A DNA stretch of 64,000 nucleotides from an uncultured Chloroflexota bacterium. GTDB taxonomy: Bacteria; Chloroflexota; Chloroflexia; Chloroflexales; Roseiflexaceae. Below the pieces are notes generated by a model. That model saw only the letters and a program-made list of their open reading frames with translations. It was not told the origin of the DNA and made no database searches. The translations under genes were made by a program, and so were the position numbers. The stretch covers positions 20,402-84,401 of the forward strand of contig CALFIC010000078.1 in NCBI GenBank assembly GCA_937876225.1, read 5' to 3'. Below are positions 1-10,070 of the stretch, one piece after another; position 1 is the stretch's first letter, and the number at the start of each line of letters is the position of its first letter.

Positions 1-433
1 AATCAGAAATCCACGACATCATGCCAAAATACAATGAAGCCATAGTGGTACGAAACTTCGAATGATTACGCACCACCCGCCGCCCCAACACCAAATCAAA
101 ACCTTCATGGAGTTTGGCGTACATCGTGGGGATGAGCTCCGGCGGATCTTGGAGATCACAATCCATCACCACTACATATTCACCTTGCGCCGTCTGCAAA
201 CCCGCAGTTATCGCAATATGTTGCCCGAAATTACGACTTAACCGCACACCCACGATACTCGGGTAGAGTGTTTGCAACAACACAATTTCTTCCCAGGCAT
301 TATCTGGGCTACGATCGTCGACAAATATTATTTCAAACGGTGTGGCCATGGTAGACAACGTCGTATAAAGCCGTTCGCATAATGCAACAAGACATGCTCG
401 ACATCCATATACCGGGATTACGACACTTATCAT
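1..433 (-). CDS. Family 2 glycosyltransferase, N-terminal part only (gene runs off the left window edge)
   Basis: Absent from the ORF track because no stop is reached. My own minus-strand translation from the ATG at 433-431 gives MISVVIPVYGCRACLVALCERLYTTLSTMATPFEIIFVDDRSPDNAWEEI...GEYVVVMDCDLQDPPELIP. This shows the GT2-type N-terminal beta-strand and DD/DxD acidic motifs. Confidence 0.7.
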   Translation of the reverse strand, partial: MISVVIPVYGCRACLVALCERLYTTLSTMATPFEIIFVDDRSPDNAWEEIVLLQTLYPSIVGVRLSRNFGQHIAITAGLQTAQGEYVVVMDCDLQDPPELIPTMYAKLHEGFDLVLGRRVVRNHSKFRTTMASLYFGMMSWISD

Positions 434-495
434 CGGCTTTTGCACGGCATACTCCATAAATCCCTACACAGCTTGTCTTCATTATACATAAGGCA

Positions 496-2181
496 TCAAC
501 TCAACCCAACCGTATTACCATCGCTATCGATGTCAATCCGTTCGGCACCAGGATGCGTCGGCAACCCTGGCATGGTACGCATATCACCAGCCAACGGATA
601 AATAAACCCAGCGCCCGCCGCCAACCGTACTTCCCGAATCGGGAATGTATAATCGCGCGGTGCACCGACTTTACTCGCATCATGGCTCAACGAATACTGC
701 GTTTTGGCCATACAGATGGGCAAATTCCCGTACCCCAGCGCTTCATAACGCTCGAGCTGTTTGCGGGCATCACTACTATATTCCACCGCATTGGCACCAT
801 ACACTTGCGTCGCCAAGGTTTCGATTTTTTTGGTCAATGACCACTCCAACGGATACAAGTAGCGGAATTCGCCAGGTTGGAGACAGGCTTGCTCTACCGC
901 TGCTGCCAAGGCATCACCACCAGCCCCACCATCGCTAAACACCGCACTTTCGACCATCGCAAAAGCCCCCGCAGCCAGCGCTACTTCACGCACCACTGCA
1001 ATTTCTTCGGCATGATCACTCGGGAAGCGGTTGAGCGCCACCACTACTGGTCGCCCAAACGCCGCCGCATTCGCAATTTGGGCACGCAAATTACTACACC
1101 CCGCCTGCACATCGGCCGGATTGGCCGCCAACAATTGGGGATCGAGTGGTTTACCTGCCACGATTTTGTAGCGACCACTATGCGCCTTGAGCGCCCGAAT
1201 CGTACATACTAATACGACGGCATCAGGAGTCACCCCCGACACCCGGCTTTTGATATGACAAAACTTCTCGAAGCCGATATCGGCACCAAAGCCACTCTCC
1301 GTCACCACATAATCGGCCCGCGACAGCGCCACCCGATCCGCCATCACCGACGAATTGCCATGGGCAATATTGGCAAATGGTCCACAATGCACCAATGCCG
1401 GCGAGCCTTCGAGCGTCTGCAGCAGATTGGGCTTGAGCGCTTCGCGCAACAACACGGTCATGGCCCCAGCTGCTTTGAGGTCCTCGGCTGTCACTGGTGT
1501 GCCATCTTTGCGTTGACCAACCACCATCCGCCCGAGGCGCGCCCGCAAATCATGAATATCACTGGCCAGCGATAACACCGCCATCACTTCAGACGCCACC
1601 GTAATATCAAATCCGACTTGACGGGGTGGACCATCGCCCTTGCCCCCCAACCCTACAACCACCGAACGCAACATGCGATCGCTGATGTCGAGCACCCGTG
1701 GCCAGCGAATCGAGTACGGGTCAATCCCCAGCACATTGCCATGGTGCAAATGATTATCGATCATCGCCGCCAGTAGATTATGAGCCACTCCGATGGCGTG
1801 AATATCACCAGTGAGATGCAAATTAAATTGCTCCATGGGAACCACTTGGCTATAACCACCACCGGCTGCCCCACCTTTGATCCCAAACGTGGGCCCCATC
1901 GAAGGCTGGCGGATTGCCACCACCGCCCGATGCCCACGCGCCGATAAGGCCTGCCCCAATCCGATGGTCGTCGTGGTTTTGCCTTCACCAAGGGGGGTAG
2001 GGGTAATCGCTGTCACCACCACATAGCGGGCCCGCCGCGCACCGTGAATGGCAGCGGTGTCGATTTTGGCCATATAACGCCCGTATGGTTCGAGATACTC
2101 CGACTCAACCCCCAATGCATCGGCAATCGTCGCAATGGGGCGTAACGTGGCGGCTTGAGCAATTGCTAAATCTGATTGCAT
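496..2181 (-). CDS. fhs: Formate--tetrahydrofolate ligase
   Basis: 561-aa ORF with the nucleotide-binding segment VTAITPTPLGEGKTTTTIGL. Length is typical of FTHFS. Confidence 0.93.
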   Translation of the reverse strand: MQSDLAIAQAATLRPIATIADALGVESEYLEPYGRYMAKIDTAAIHGARRARYVVVTAITPTPLGEGKTTTTIGLGQALSARGHRAVVAIRQPSMGPTFGIKGGAAGGGYSQVVPMEQFNLHLTGDIHAIGVAHNLLAAMIDNHLHHGNVLGIDPYSIRWPRVLDISDRMLRSVVVGLGGKGDGPPRQVGFDITVASEVMAVLSLASDIHDLRARLGRMVVGQRKDGTPVTAEDLKAAGAMTVLLREALKPNLLQTLEGSPALVHCGPFANIAHGNSSVMADRVALSRADYVVTESGFGADIGFEKFCHIKSRVSGVTPDAVVLVCTIRALKAHSGRYKIVAGKPLDPQLLAANPADVQAGCSNLRAQIANAAAFGRPVVVALNRFPSDHAEEIAVVREVALAAGAFAMVESAVFSDGGAGGDALAAAVEQACLQPGEFRYLYPLEWSLTKKIETLATQVYGANAVEYSSDARKQLERYEALGYGNLPICMAKTQYSLSHDASKVGAPRDYTFPIREVRLAAGAGFIYPLAGDMRTMPGLPTHPGAERIDIDSDGNTVGLS

Positions 2182-2251
2182 CGGGGGTTCCTCACATCAA
2201 TATAAAAAATGTAAAACGCACTCGGTTCGCAAAACCATTCCCTATAGTGTA

Positions 2252-4528
2252 CTATTTTTGGGTACGCCGTGTATCACGCCAATACCATATCCCTACGGCG
2301 ATGACGCTTAACAGCCATATCAAATGCGAAATCCACATGTATTGCACATACGTCACATAGCGCACCGTGAGTGCACGACTTTCTGCCGGCACCACTACCC
2401 CAAAAAAAGCCCCATTCACGCTCACCGGCACGATTTTTTTCCATGTCTGTCCATCAAAACTCTCCGCTTGCCAGCCCGATTCATACAACGTACTCAATAT
2501 CACCAGAGATTGCGTCGCTGCTTCCGGATAATGCAACTCCACCACATCGCCCTTGTGTTGATATTGCGTAATTGGCAATGATTGCGGCAAATGATAATCG
2601 GGAATATGAATGTCTGACACATCGGCGACGCGTTGTACCGGAATCCGCCAATATTGCCCCATGCGCTGTTTCACGTGAAACACCCAGACGTCGCCATGCT
2701 GCGTTACAAATCGTAAATTGGGGTGATCGATGGGTTGGGCGGCGAGTACTACCGCAATATTACTCATCCAAAACGTAGTGTCATCGTAATTTGGGGCAAT
2801 GGCACGGTTTAATTTGCCATATACCGTTATCTTGCCACCAAGTTGATTGATTAACCGTTGATAATAGGGCGTAAAAAAATTATTGTAGCTATGGACCGAC
2901 GCCACACCTAGCATTGCATTATAGTTGGGCGCCAAGAGATATTCGAGCGAAGCCGATACAATCGCAAACCGTGCCCCTGTCGGCACTTGTTGCTGGAGTG
3001 TTTGGGTCAATGGTGTCGTCGTAATCAACGCACTTCGCGGCTGTACCACGAGAAGCGGCGCCGCAGTCACGGCAATCGTAAGCGTCAATGCCCCCCACAG
3101 CATCACCGGCGTGACTCGCCAATATAACCCAAGCGTGCTGACAACGACTAGTCCAACTCGCGCCACATCCCACAGCGCAATTGGTAACGCAAACCAGCCA
3201 GCAACAATAAACCCACACCCCACAACCACCAATTGCGCCAAAATCAACCAACCCAATATGCGCCGCACCGTCGCCACGGGCAAGGACAGCAAGGCATCAC
3301 ACCCATAGGCCACCACCAATACCATCGGCAACACCGCACTCCACGCCGGCGTCCATGCGGACAAACGAAACCCGGGGAAGAGCTGCAACACTACCGTAAA
3401 CAACATTGGTGATATCGTCAACACCCATAAACCACCCACACACGCCAGCCACCACCCCACAGCCCGCCGCCGGTGGACAGCAGCTACAATCAACAACACG
3501 CCCATCAGTAATGGAATGCTTGCGCCATCGAATTCTAATGGATAGCGACCCGCCAGCGGATTCCCGTATAATTCGGGGACAAACCGCGACACTCCATACA
3601 ACAATGCCACTTTGAGAGAAGTGATGACTTGAATTGCCTGTAAAAAAAAGGCATCCTTCACCCAAAAGCGCGCTGAATCGCGATAACGCAGATATAAATC
3701 AATGTATGCGGGGATCGTCAACAGTGCACCAAAAAGCACCGCCGAAAGCATAAATCCGACCTCGCGGGCCACATCCGACCATGCGCCACGGCGTAATCGT
3801 GGCCAACACACCACGCCTGCATACCCCGCCAACATCCAGATACTATAGACCGCCGTTTGCGGATAGCCCATCAAAAACAATCCATATGTGGCAAACGCCA
3901 TTACCATCCAACCCCAGCCATCACGCTGACGAAAAACATGCATCATGCCATAGAGCAACGCCGCCGTCCAACATACGGTGGCAATATGCATCGGAAAAGT
4001 CAACCAATACACCAAAAACGGCGTAGCCACCCCACTCAATGCCGCAAATAATCCCGCCGTCGGAGTAATCGCGAGTTCCCGACAAATCAACAACACCCAT
4101 AACCCAAACAAACACAGCAAACTCAGTGATTGCGTGGCGAGGATTTGATAGGGGTCTTTGATGAGTTGAAACAACACCCAGGTATATAGGTTAGCCGGAG
4201 TATTACCAGTAATATGCTTGGCTTGACGCCCAAATTCATTCAATTCATTGCGAGACACCACAAACCCAGTATGTGGCAGGGTTTGTTGATTGACGATTTC
4301 TGGCAAAAACTCTTCTTCGTAATCGGCCAATTTACGCTGTTCGCAGGCGATCATTGCAGGGGAGAGATACTGCTTGCCATTGATTTGGGCATGACACACC
4401 GGTGTCAGTACATTCCCACTCACCCACAACCAGGATCCCAACATGACAAAACAGGCAATATAAATGATGGATGCTCGTTGATAGCTATTTATCATCTGCG
4501 ACTCAATTCCCATTATACATTTCGACAT
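2252..4528 (-). CDS. Large polytopic membrane protein, function unknown (YfhO/GT-C-like architecture is only a guess)
   Basis: 758-aa ORF. Many hydrophobic helices fill the first two thirds, followed by a soluble C-terminal domain. I recognise no named motif. It carries a perfect parS at 2667-2682. Confidence 0.6.
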   Translation of the reverse strand: MSKCIMGIESQMINSYQRASIIYIACFVMLGSWLWVSGNVLTPVCHAQINGKQYLSPAMIACEQRKLADYEEEFLPEIVNQQTLPHTGFVVSRNELNEFGRQAKHITGNTPANLYTWVLFQLIKDPYQILATQSLSLLCLFGLWVLLICRELAITPTAGLFAALSGVATPFLVYWLTFPMHIATVCWTAALLYGMMHVFRQRDGWGWMVMAFATYGLFLMGYPQTAVYSIWMLAGYAGVVCWPRLRRGAWSDVAREVGFMLSAVLFGALLTIPAYIDLYLRYRDSARFWVKDAFFLQAIQVITSLKVALLYGVSRFVPELYGNPLAGRYPLEFDGASIPLLMGVLLIVAAVHRRRAVGWWLACVGGLWVLTISPMLFTVVLQLFPGFRLSAWTPAWSAVLPMVLVVAYGCDALLSLPVATVRRILGWLILAQLVVVGCGFIVAGWFALPIALWDVARVGLVVVSTLGLYWRVTPVMLWGALTLTIAVTAAPLLVVQPRSALITTTPLTQTLQQQVPTGARFAIVSASLEYLLAPNYNAMLGVASVHSYNNFFTPYYQRLINQLGGKITVYGKLNRAIAPNYDDTTFWMSNIAVVLAAQPIDHPNLRFVTQHGDVWVFHVKQRMGQYWRIPVQRVADVSDIHIPDYHLPQSLPITQYQHKGDVVELHYPEAATQSLVILSTLYESGWQAESFDGQTWKKIVPVSVNGAFFGVVVPAESRALTVRYVTYVQYMWISHLIWLLSVIAVGIWYWRDTRRTQK
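2667..2682. promoter_or_regulatory. parS site, perfect TGTTTCACGTGAAACA, inside a coding region
   Basis: Exact 16-bp palindrome read in the sequence. Position was verified against the codons of ORF 2572..2778. The dyad does not extend beyond the 16-mer. Confidence 0.75.
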
Positions 4529-4708
4529 CTGTGCGCATTATGACCAATCCATAGGATGTCATTTCACAAAACGCTTCCCACATCGATTACAGGGCTCCTG
4601 ATTCCCACAAAAATAACGTGCAGTGGAGACTCATTCTATTCTAAAGTACTTTCATTTATAATCACAATACGTAGTATATAAACTATGCCACCCTAAAGGA
4701 GTCTGCGT

Positions 4709-5218
4709 ATGCGATTTTCATTTCTGGTCATAGCCATTGTGATAGCAGGGATTGGTATCTGGTATGTCACCAGTGGTCCAATATCCAATAGCGTCAAACC
4801 AATCCCAACCACCGTTGTCACGGTTCCCACCGCAACTGTTGCCGCGCTGGCCGCCACCACCAAAGATAGCAACAATCATGTGGTGCGCCTTACCCAAGAC
4901 GAAATCAATCAAAAGCTCCGCGATATTGGCACAGATCAAGCCAAAGTCACCAATGTCACCCTGTCGACTGATAGTGTGGCCATCGATTTGTTGGTGGGGG
5001 GGATTAAAGGGACGTTGACCACCGGATTAGCGGTGTCAAATGGCAATATTATTTTGGCCAAACCACGGCTCGATGGCGTAATTGGAGCATTATTGCCTAT
5101 CGAAAAAATTTCACAGCTCTTTGAAGACGAAATCAACAAGCGCCTCCATGACAAAACACCGGTCCAAGACCTGCATATCATGGATGGGGTCATCGAAATC
5201 ACCCTCGCAGGGAAATAA
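4709..5218 (+). CDS. Membrane-anchored hypothetical protein (possibly LmeA/DUF2993-like)
   Basis: 169-aa ORF with an N-terminal TM helix (FSFLVIAIVIAGIGIWYV). AAAGGAG lies about 6 nt upstream of the ATG. Confidence 0.6.
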   Translation: MRFSFLVIAIVIAGIGIWYVTSGPISNSVKPIPTTVVTVPTATVAALAATTKDSNNHVVRLTQDEINQKLRDIGTDQAKVTNVTLSTDSVAIDLLVGGIKGTLTTGLAVSNGNIILAKPRLDGVIGALLPIEKISQLFEDEINKRLHDKTPVQDLHIMDGVIEITLAGK

Positions 5219-5245
5219 GGTAGAATAGAGACAACAATAGATGTG

Positions 5246-5279
5246 CACGGAGCGGCTCTTGGTTTGATGCCCCTCCGTG
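5246..5279 (+). promoter_or_regulatory. Stem-loop in the thrS leader (possible terminator of the upstream gene or thrS control element)
   Basis: CACGGAGCGGC / GCCCCTCCGTG form an 11-bp stem with one mismatch and a 12-nt loop, TCTTGGTTTGAT. No T-tract follows. It ends 14 nt before the GAGGAG RBS of thrS. Confidence 0.3.
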
Positions 5280-5307
5280 TCCCATAGTGTGTGAGGAGAA
5301 TACCGGC

Positions 5308-7086
5308 ATGGCTGGAGCACCCGATCAACTTTATCGCATTCGCCATTCTGCGGCCCACGTGATGGCCCAAGCAGTGCGCGAAATCTTCCCCGACGCCCTG
5401 ATTGCCATCGGTCCGCCGATTGACGATGGTTTTTATTATGACTTCGATTTACCCCGCGCCATCACCCAAGACGACTTCGCCGATATCGAAACCCGTATGC
5501 GCCGTATCATTGCCGGCAAACACCCCTTCGTATATCGCGAAGTCAGCGCTGCCGAGGCCCGTACATTTTTCCATAATCAACCCTACAAAATCGAACTCAT
5601 CGATGGACTGGCTGCCGGTCAAGACGACAACGGCGATGCCACCAAAGAAAAAGTAGTTATTTCGACCTATCGCCAAGACAACTTCGAAGACCTCTGCCGT
5701 GGCCCCCACGTCGCTACCACCGGCGACATCCCAGCCGATGGCTTTAAGTTGATGAGCGTGGCTGGCGCCTACTGGCGTGGTGACGAAAAGCGCCCCCAAC
5801 TCCAACGCATCTATGCCACCGCGTGGGCCTCAAAAGAAGAGCTCGACCACTACCTCTTCCAACTCGAAGAAGCCAAACGCCGCGACCATCGCCGCCTCGG
5901 CCGTGAACTCAACTTGTTCTACTTCTCCGAAGATATCGGCGCCGGCTTGCCCCTGTTTACCCCCAAGGGCGAAATGTTGCGCTATTTGATGGAATCGTAC
6001 GTCCGTGAAGTCCAAACCCGCTACGGCTATCAGCACGTCTGGACCGGGCATTTGGTCAAAGAAACGCTGTATCACAAGTCGGGACATTACGAAAACTACC
6101 GCGATTCGATGTTCCCACCCATGGTCGACGGCGATACCATCTTCCGACTCAAACCGATGAACTGCCCGTCACACATGACGCTGTTCAAAGAAATGGGCCG
6201 CCATTCCTACCGCGAATTGCCGATGCGCTTCGCCGAATTCGCCACCCTCTATCGTTACGAAGACAGCGGCGCCCTCAGCGGATTGACGCGGGTGCGCTCA
6301 TTGACCCAAGACGATTGTCACGTCTTTTGTACACCCGACCAGATTCAAGCGGAATTTAATCGCAATTTGCAGCTCATCAACGAAGTCTTGACCGCCTATA
6401 AACTGTCAGACTACCGCGTGCGCTTGTCGTTGCGGGGCAACGAAGGCAAATTTGTCAAAGACGATGACAAATGGGAACGCGCCACCACCGCCCTCAAACA
6501 AGCCCTCGATGCCAACGGCGTTGTCTACGACGCCGTCGAAGGCGAAGCGGCGTTTTATGGTCCCAAAGCCGACTTTTTGGCCAAAGATGCGCTGGGTCGC
6601 GAGTGGCAATTGTCCACCATCCAAGTTGACTTTATCCAACCCGAACGCTTGGGTGTGGAATATGTCGGTGAAGATGGCCAAATGCATACACCAATATTGA
6701 TTCACCGCGCCGTCACCGGTTCGACCGAACGCTTCATGGGCGTGATGATCGAGCACTACGCCGGCGCATTCCCTTTGTGGTTGGCACCGACGCAAGCCGT
6801 TATCATCCCCATTTCGGATGAAAAACAAGGTGCCTACGCCCAAGAAGTCCAAGCCAAACTCACTGCACTCGGCATGCGGGTCGAGCTCAATATGAGCCGC
6901 GACCGTATGAACGCCAAAATCCGTGATGCCCAACTCCAAAAAATCCCCTACATGCTCATCATCGGCGATCGCGAAGCCAGCGCTGGTGCGGTGGCCGTGC
7001 GCACCCGTACGGGCACTGATTTAGGTGCATTGGCGCTGGATGATTTTATTGCCCGGGCGCAACTCGAAATCGCCACCAAGGCATAA
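5308..7086 (+). CDS. thrS: Threonine--tRNA ligase, without an N-terminal TGS domain
   Basis: The ORF is open from 5287. The ATG at 5308 is preceded by GAGGAG at 5293-5298. The translation starts at the editing-domain HxxxH region (RHSAAHVMAQAV) and contains class II core motifs (HRRLGRELNLFYF, FRLKPMNCPSH, TRVRSLTQDDCHVF). Confidence 0.93.
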   Translation: MAGAPDQLYRIRHSAAHVMAQAVREIFPDALIAIGPPIDDGFYYDFDLPRAITQDDFADIETRMRRIIAGKHPFVYREVSAAEARTFFHNQPYKIELIDGLAAGQDDNGDATKEKVVISTYRQDNFEDLCRGPHVATTGDIPADGFKLMSVAGAYWRGDEKRPQLQRIYATAWASKEELDHYLFQLEEAKRRDHRRLGRELNLFYFSEDIGAGLPLFTPKGEMLRYLMESYVREVQTRYGYQHVWTGHLVKETLYHKSGHYENYRDSMFPPMVDGDTIFRLKPMNCPSHMTLFKEMGRHSYRELPMRFAEFATLYRYEDSGALSGLTRVRSLTQDDCHVFCTPDQIQAEFNRNLQLINEVLTAYKLSDYRVRLSLRGNEGKFVKDDDKWERATTALKQALDANGVVYDAVEGEAAFYGPKADFLAKDALGREWQLSTIQVDFIQPERLGVEYVGEDGQMHTPILIHRAVTGSTERFMGVMIEHYAGAFPLWLAPTQAVIIPISDEKQGAYAQEVQAKLTALGMRVELNMSRDRMNAKIRDAQLQKIPYMLIIGDREASAGAVAVRTRTGTDLGALALDDFIARAQLEIATKA

Positions 7087-7097
7087 ATCACATCCAA

Positions 7098-7136
7098 ACG
7101 ACACCGTTGGCATCATGTCAACGGTGTCGTGTTTTC
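7098..7136 (+). terminator. Rho-independent terminator after thrS
   Basis: 12-bp perfect stem ACGACACCGTTG / CAACGGTGTCGT, 9-nt loop, followed by GTTTTC. Confidence 0.7.
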
Positions 7137-7153
7137 ATATGAGGGAGGCTTAC

Positions 7154-7387
7154 ATGCGTCGTTTTATTTTTGGATTACTCTTTGGATTAATTGCGGGTAC
7201 CGTAGTTGGGATTTGGTGGTTGCGCCGGATTGGGGCCTTTGATGACCCCAACAGTCTGGTGGGCTCGATTGTTGCTGCCGCCCGTGAAGCGGCCGCCGCT
7301 CACGAAGCGGAGCTCACCGCGCGCTTTCAACAACAGGTAAACGGCAACACTACTCCCCAACGCGATGATGACAATCTCTATGCCTAA
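7154..7387 (+). CDS. Small membrane protein (YtxH-like: TM helix plus Ala/Glu-rich helix)
   Basis: Internal ATG of ORF 7025..7387 preceded by GAGGGAGG. Translation MRRFIFGLLFGLIAGTVVGIWWL... Confidence 0.55.
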   Translation: MRRFIFGLLFGLIAGTVVGIWWLRRIGAFDDPNSLVGSIVAAAREAAAAHEAELTARFQQQVNGNTTPQRDDDNLYA

Positions 7388-7416
7388 TTCACTCGCACCA
7401 CAAAGGATGTCATTGT

Positions 7417-8142
7417 ATGTTGCGTGAATCAATCCTGGTTGTGCATGCGGATAAACGATGGTGGCGAGCAGTAGCCGTGGCGGGGTTGTGTGGAATGACC
7501 CTGTTTGGCTATCCGATTGGGGGCGGATTTATTATCGCGCATCTCGAAAATACTCGTAAAGGCTACGCCACACCCTTACCACCACTGGTTGACTGGTCAA
7601 CTCGCTGGTTGATGGGGTTGTTTGCCGTACTAATTGATTTTATTTTTTATGCGTTACCAGCCATGGTAACCACACTACTCTTTTTTTGTGGTGGACTTAC
7701 CCTCGTCATGCAACGAGCTGATGAATCTCAAGTCAGCGTGTTATGGATCTTTGGCATCGGCTTAGGCATTTGGTGGTTAGTAATGTTTTTGAGCGGGGTC
7801 TCGGCCATCGGACGCCTCGTCTATGTCGACGACAGTGGCGCCGAACGCTGCCTGAGTGGCTACCCACTGCGTGAAGCATTCCGCCGCCACGCCTGGAAGT
7901 ATTACGCCACGGCACGCGTGTGGAGCATTCCGCTCTACATCATACCGCTCATCTGTATCGGCAGTATGCCGTGGATTTTGAATCTTGGTGGCATTGGAGC
8001 ATGGATTGGCGGGAGTATCGTGGTGTGGCTCTTTTTTTGTAGTTTGTTTTATGCCCACCTCGTCACCATGCAAATCTATCATCGGGTCGACCTGCAACTC
8101 CAGTCCGCCGACTTGGAACGCTCACAATTTGGCATGGACTAG
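7417..8142 (+). CDS. Polytopic membrane protein of unknown function (DUF4013-like)
   Basis: 241-aa ORF with several hydrophobic helices. AAAGGA lies upstream of the ATG. Confidence 0.6.
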   Translation: MLRESILVVHADKRWWRAVAVAGLCGMTLFGYPIGGGFIIAHLENTRKGYATPLPPLVDWSTRWLMGLFAVLIDFIFYALPAMVTTLLFFCGGLTLVMQRADESQVSVLWIFGIGLGIWWLVMFLSGVSAIGRLVYVDDSGAERCLSGYPLREAFRRHAWKYYATARVWSIPLYIIPLICIGSMPWILNLGGIGAWIGGSIVVWLFFCSLFYAHLVTMQIYHRVDLQLQSADLERSQFGMD

Positions 8143-8158
8143 CTGCACAGTGACCACC

Positions 8159-8198
8159 GTCCGCGCAGGATGTACATCCTGCGCGGACGTGTTTTTTA
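8159..8198. terminator. Bidirectional terminator between convergent genes
   Basis: 14-bp stem GTCCGCGCAGGATG / (C)ATCCTGCGCGGAC, followed by GTGTTTTTT on the + strand. The T-run overlaps the stop codon of the minus-strand ABC gene. Confidence 0.7.
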
Positions 8199-10031
8199 TA
8201 TACTCTGCCCTTTGAACTGACTCATATACAGATGGTGATACAACCCGCGTTGGGCGAGCAACTCGGCATGGTTGCCTTGTTCGACAATCTCACCGCCGTT
8301 GATGACCAACACCTGGTTGGCGTCACGAATGGTGCTCAAGCGATGTGCAATCACAAAGCTCGTGCGCCCTTCCATTAGGCGCAACAAGGCGCGCTGGATG
8401 CGCACTTCGGTACGAGTGTCGATACTGCTCGTCGCCTCGTCGAGAATCAAAATCCGCGGATCGGCCAAAATCGCACGCGCAATCGCCAGCAACTGGCGCT
8501 GACCTTGGCTCAGATTGCTGGCACGTTCCGACAATTTTGTCGCATATCCATGGGGCAACAACCGGATAAAGTGATCGGCGTCGGCCATTTCTGCAGCGCG
8601 GATACATTCTTCGTCACTGGCATCGAGCCGACCAAAGCGGATGTTTTCGAGGACCGTATCTGCAAACATAAAGGTATCTTGTAATACTAAGCCAAGCTGA
8701 CTACGCAAACTCGATTTGGGAATGTCTTGGATATCGATGCCGTCGATATGAATGCTCCCACCACTAATTTCATAAAAACGACTCAACAAATTGATGATGG
8801 TCGTTTTGCCTGCACCGGTCGGTCCAACCAAAGCAAACATCTCGCCCGGTTTGGCCACCAGCGACATGTTTTTGATAATCGGCGTCCCTGGATCATAGGC
8901 AAATTGCACATTCGCAAAGACTACTTCTCCACGGATCACAATCGGAGTCGCAGTGGGCACGGCACCATCGACTTCGGCCGGTGTGTCGATGATTTCAAAG
9001 ACGCGTTCTGCACCTGCCAACGCACCTTGGATGGCATTGTACATGTTGGCGATTTGCCGAAGTGGATTGATAAAGTTTTGCGCATAGATAATAAAAGTCG
9101 CAATTACCCCGACCGTCACCAACCCACGCAACGCCAGCCAACCACCGAGACCAGCCAACACGATGATAAAGAAATTCCCCAACACGCTGGTCAGCGGCAT
9201 CAGAAGTAGTGCGTAATTGTTGGCAGTGACACCGGCAGTGTAGGTGGCTTGGTTTTGCTGGCGAAAGGTTGCTAGCACGGATTCATTGCGACCAAAGGCC
9301 TTGACGACTTTTTGGCCGCTAATTGCCTCTTCCATCACGGCATTCAGGTCACCCATGCTCCGCTGTAAATCACGAAAGCCACGGCGTGTATACGTAGCCA
9401 CAAAGCGTGTAAACCAAAACATGATGGGCACCACCACCAACGCTGACAATGCCAACCACAAATCAAGCGCAAACATCGCCACCAAAATACCAACCAACGA
9501 CAATGCGCTGGCAATCAGCGCCGTAACGTTCTGTGATACTGCCTGATTGATGGCATCGATGTCGTTGGTCAAGCGACTCATCAGTTGGCCTGCGGGATTG
9601 CGATCAAAAAACTGCATTGGCAAACGTTGCAAATGCGTAAACAAGTCCTGCCGCAACATTTGCAGGGCCCGTTGCGATACGGTAGCCATCATGCGTCCCG
9701 CCCACACCTGAAAAATGTTGTTGCACAAGTAGGTGACCAGCATTAGTCCTGCAATATAGGGGAGTTCGGCAACACGATGCGGAATAATGTATTTATCGAT
9801 TGCCATACCGATCAAATAGGGACCGAGCAAACCCAACACCGTATAGATAACGACCAATACTAATACCCCAATCAATCCCGTACGAAACGGGAGGAGATAC
9901 GCCACCAAGCGCCGTAATGCGGTGCGAGCATCAATGGCTTTTTCGATGCGCCCAATCGCCATCGGATGCCGACCTTGGATGGTGGCACGGGCATTTGTAT
10001 GTACGTCTCGTTGTGGCGAAGAATGCGTCAT
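8196..10031 (-). CDS. ABC exporter, fused permease-ATPase; consensus Walker B-Glu subunit
   Basis: 611 aa with six N-terminal TM helices. Walker A is GPTGAGKTT, signature LSQGQRQ (deviant), Walker B ILILDEATSSID. The start could instead be the internal ATG at 9962. Confidence 0.9.
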   Translation of the reverse strand: MTHSSPQRDVHTNARATIQGRHPMAIGRIEKAIDARTALRRLVAYLLPFRTGLIGVLVLVVIYTVLGLLGPYLIGMAIDKYIIPHRVAELPYIAGLMLVTYLCNNIFQVWAGRMMATVSQRALQMLRQDLFTHLQRLPMQFFDRNPAGQLMSRLTNDIDAINQAVSQNVTALIASALSLVGILVAMFALDLWLALSALVVVPIMFWFTRFVATYTRRGFRDLQRSMGDLNAVMEEAISGQKVVKAFGRNESVLATFRQQNQATYTAGVTANNYALLLMPLTSVLGNFFIIVLAGLGGWLALRGLVTVGVIATFIIYAQNFINPLRQIANMYNAIQGALAGAERVFEIIDTPAEVDGAVPTATPIVIRGEVVFANVQFAYDPGTPIIKNMSLVAKPGEMFALVGPTGAGKTTIINLLSRFYEISGGSIHIDGIDIQDIPKSSLRSQLGLVLQDTFMFADTVLENIRFGRLDASDEECIRAAEMADADHFIRLLPHGYATKLSERASNLSQGQRQLLAIARAILADPRILILDEATSSIDTRTEVRIQRALLRLMEGRTSFVIAHRLSTIRDANQVLVINGGEIVEQGNHAELLAQRGLYHHLYMSQFKGQSI

Positions 10032-10070
10032 TGTTGCTGTCCATTTCCATCGTTACACATACGTGATTCC

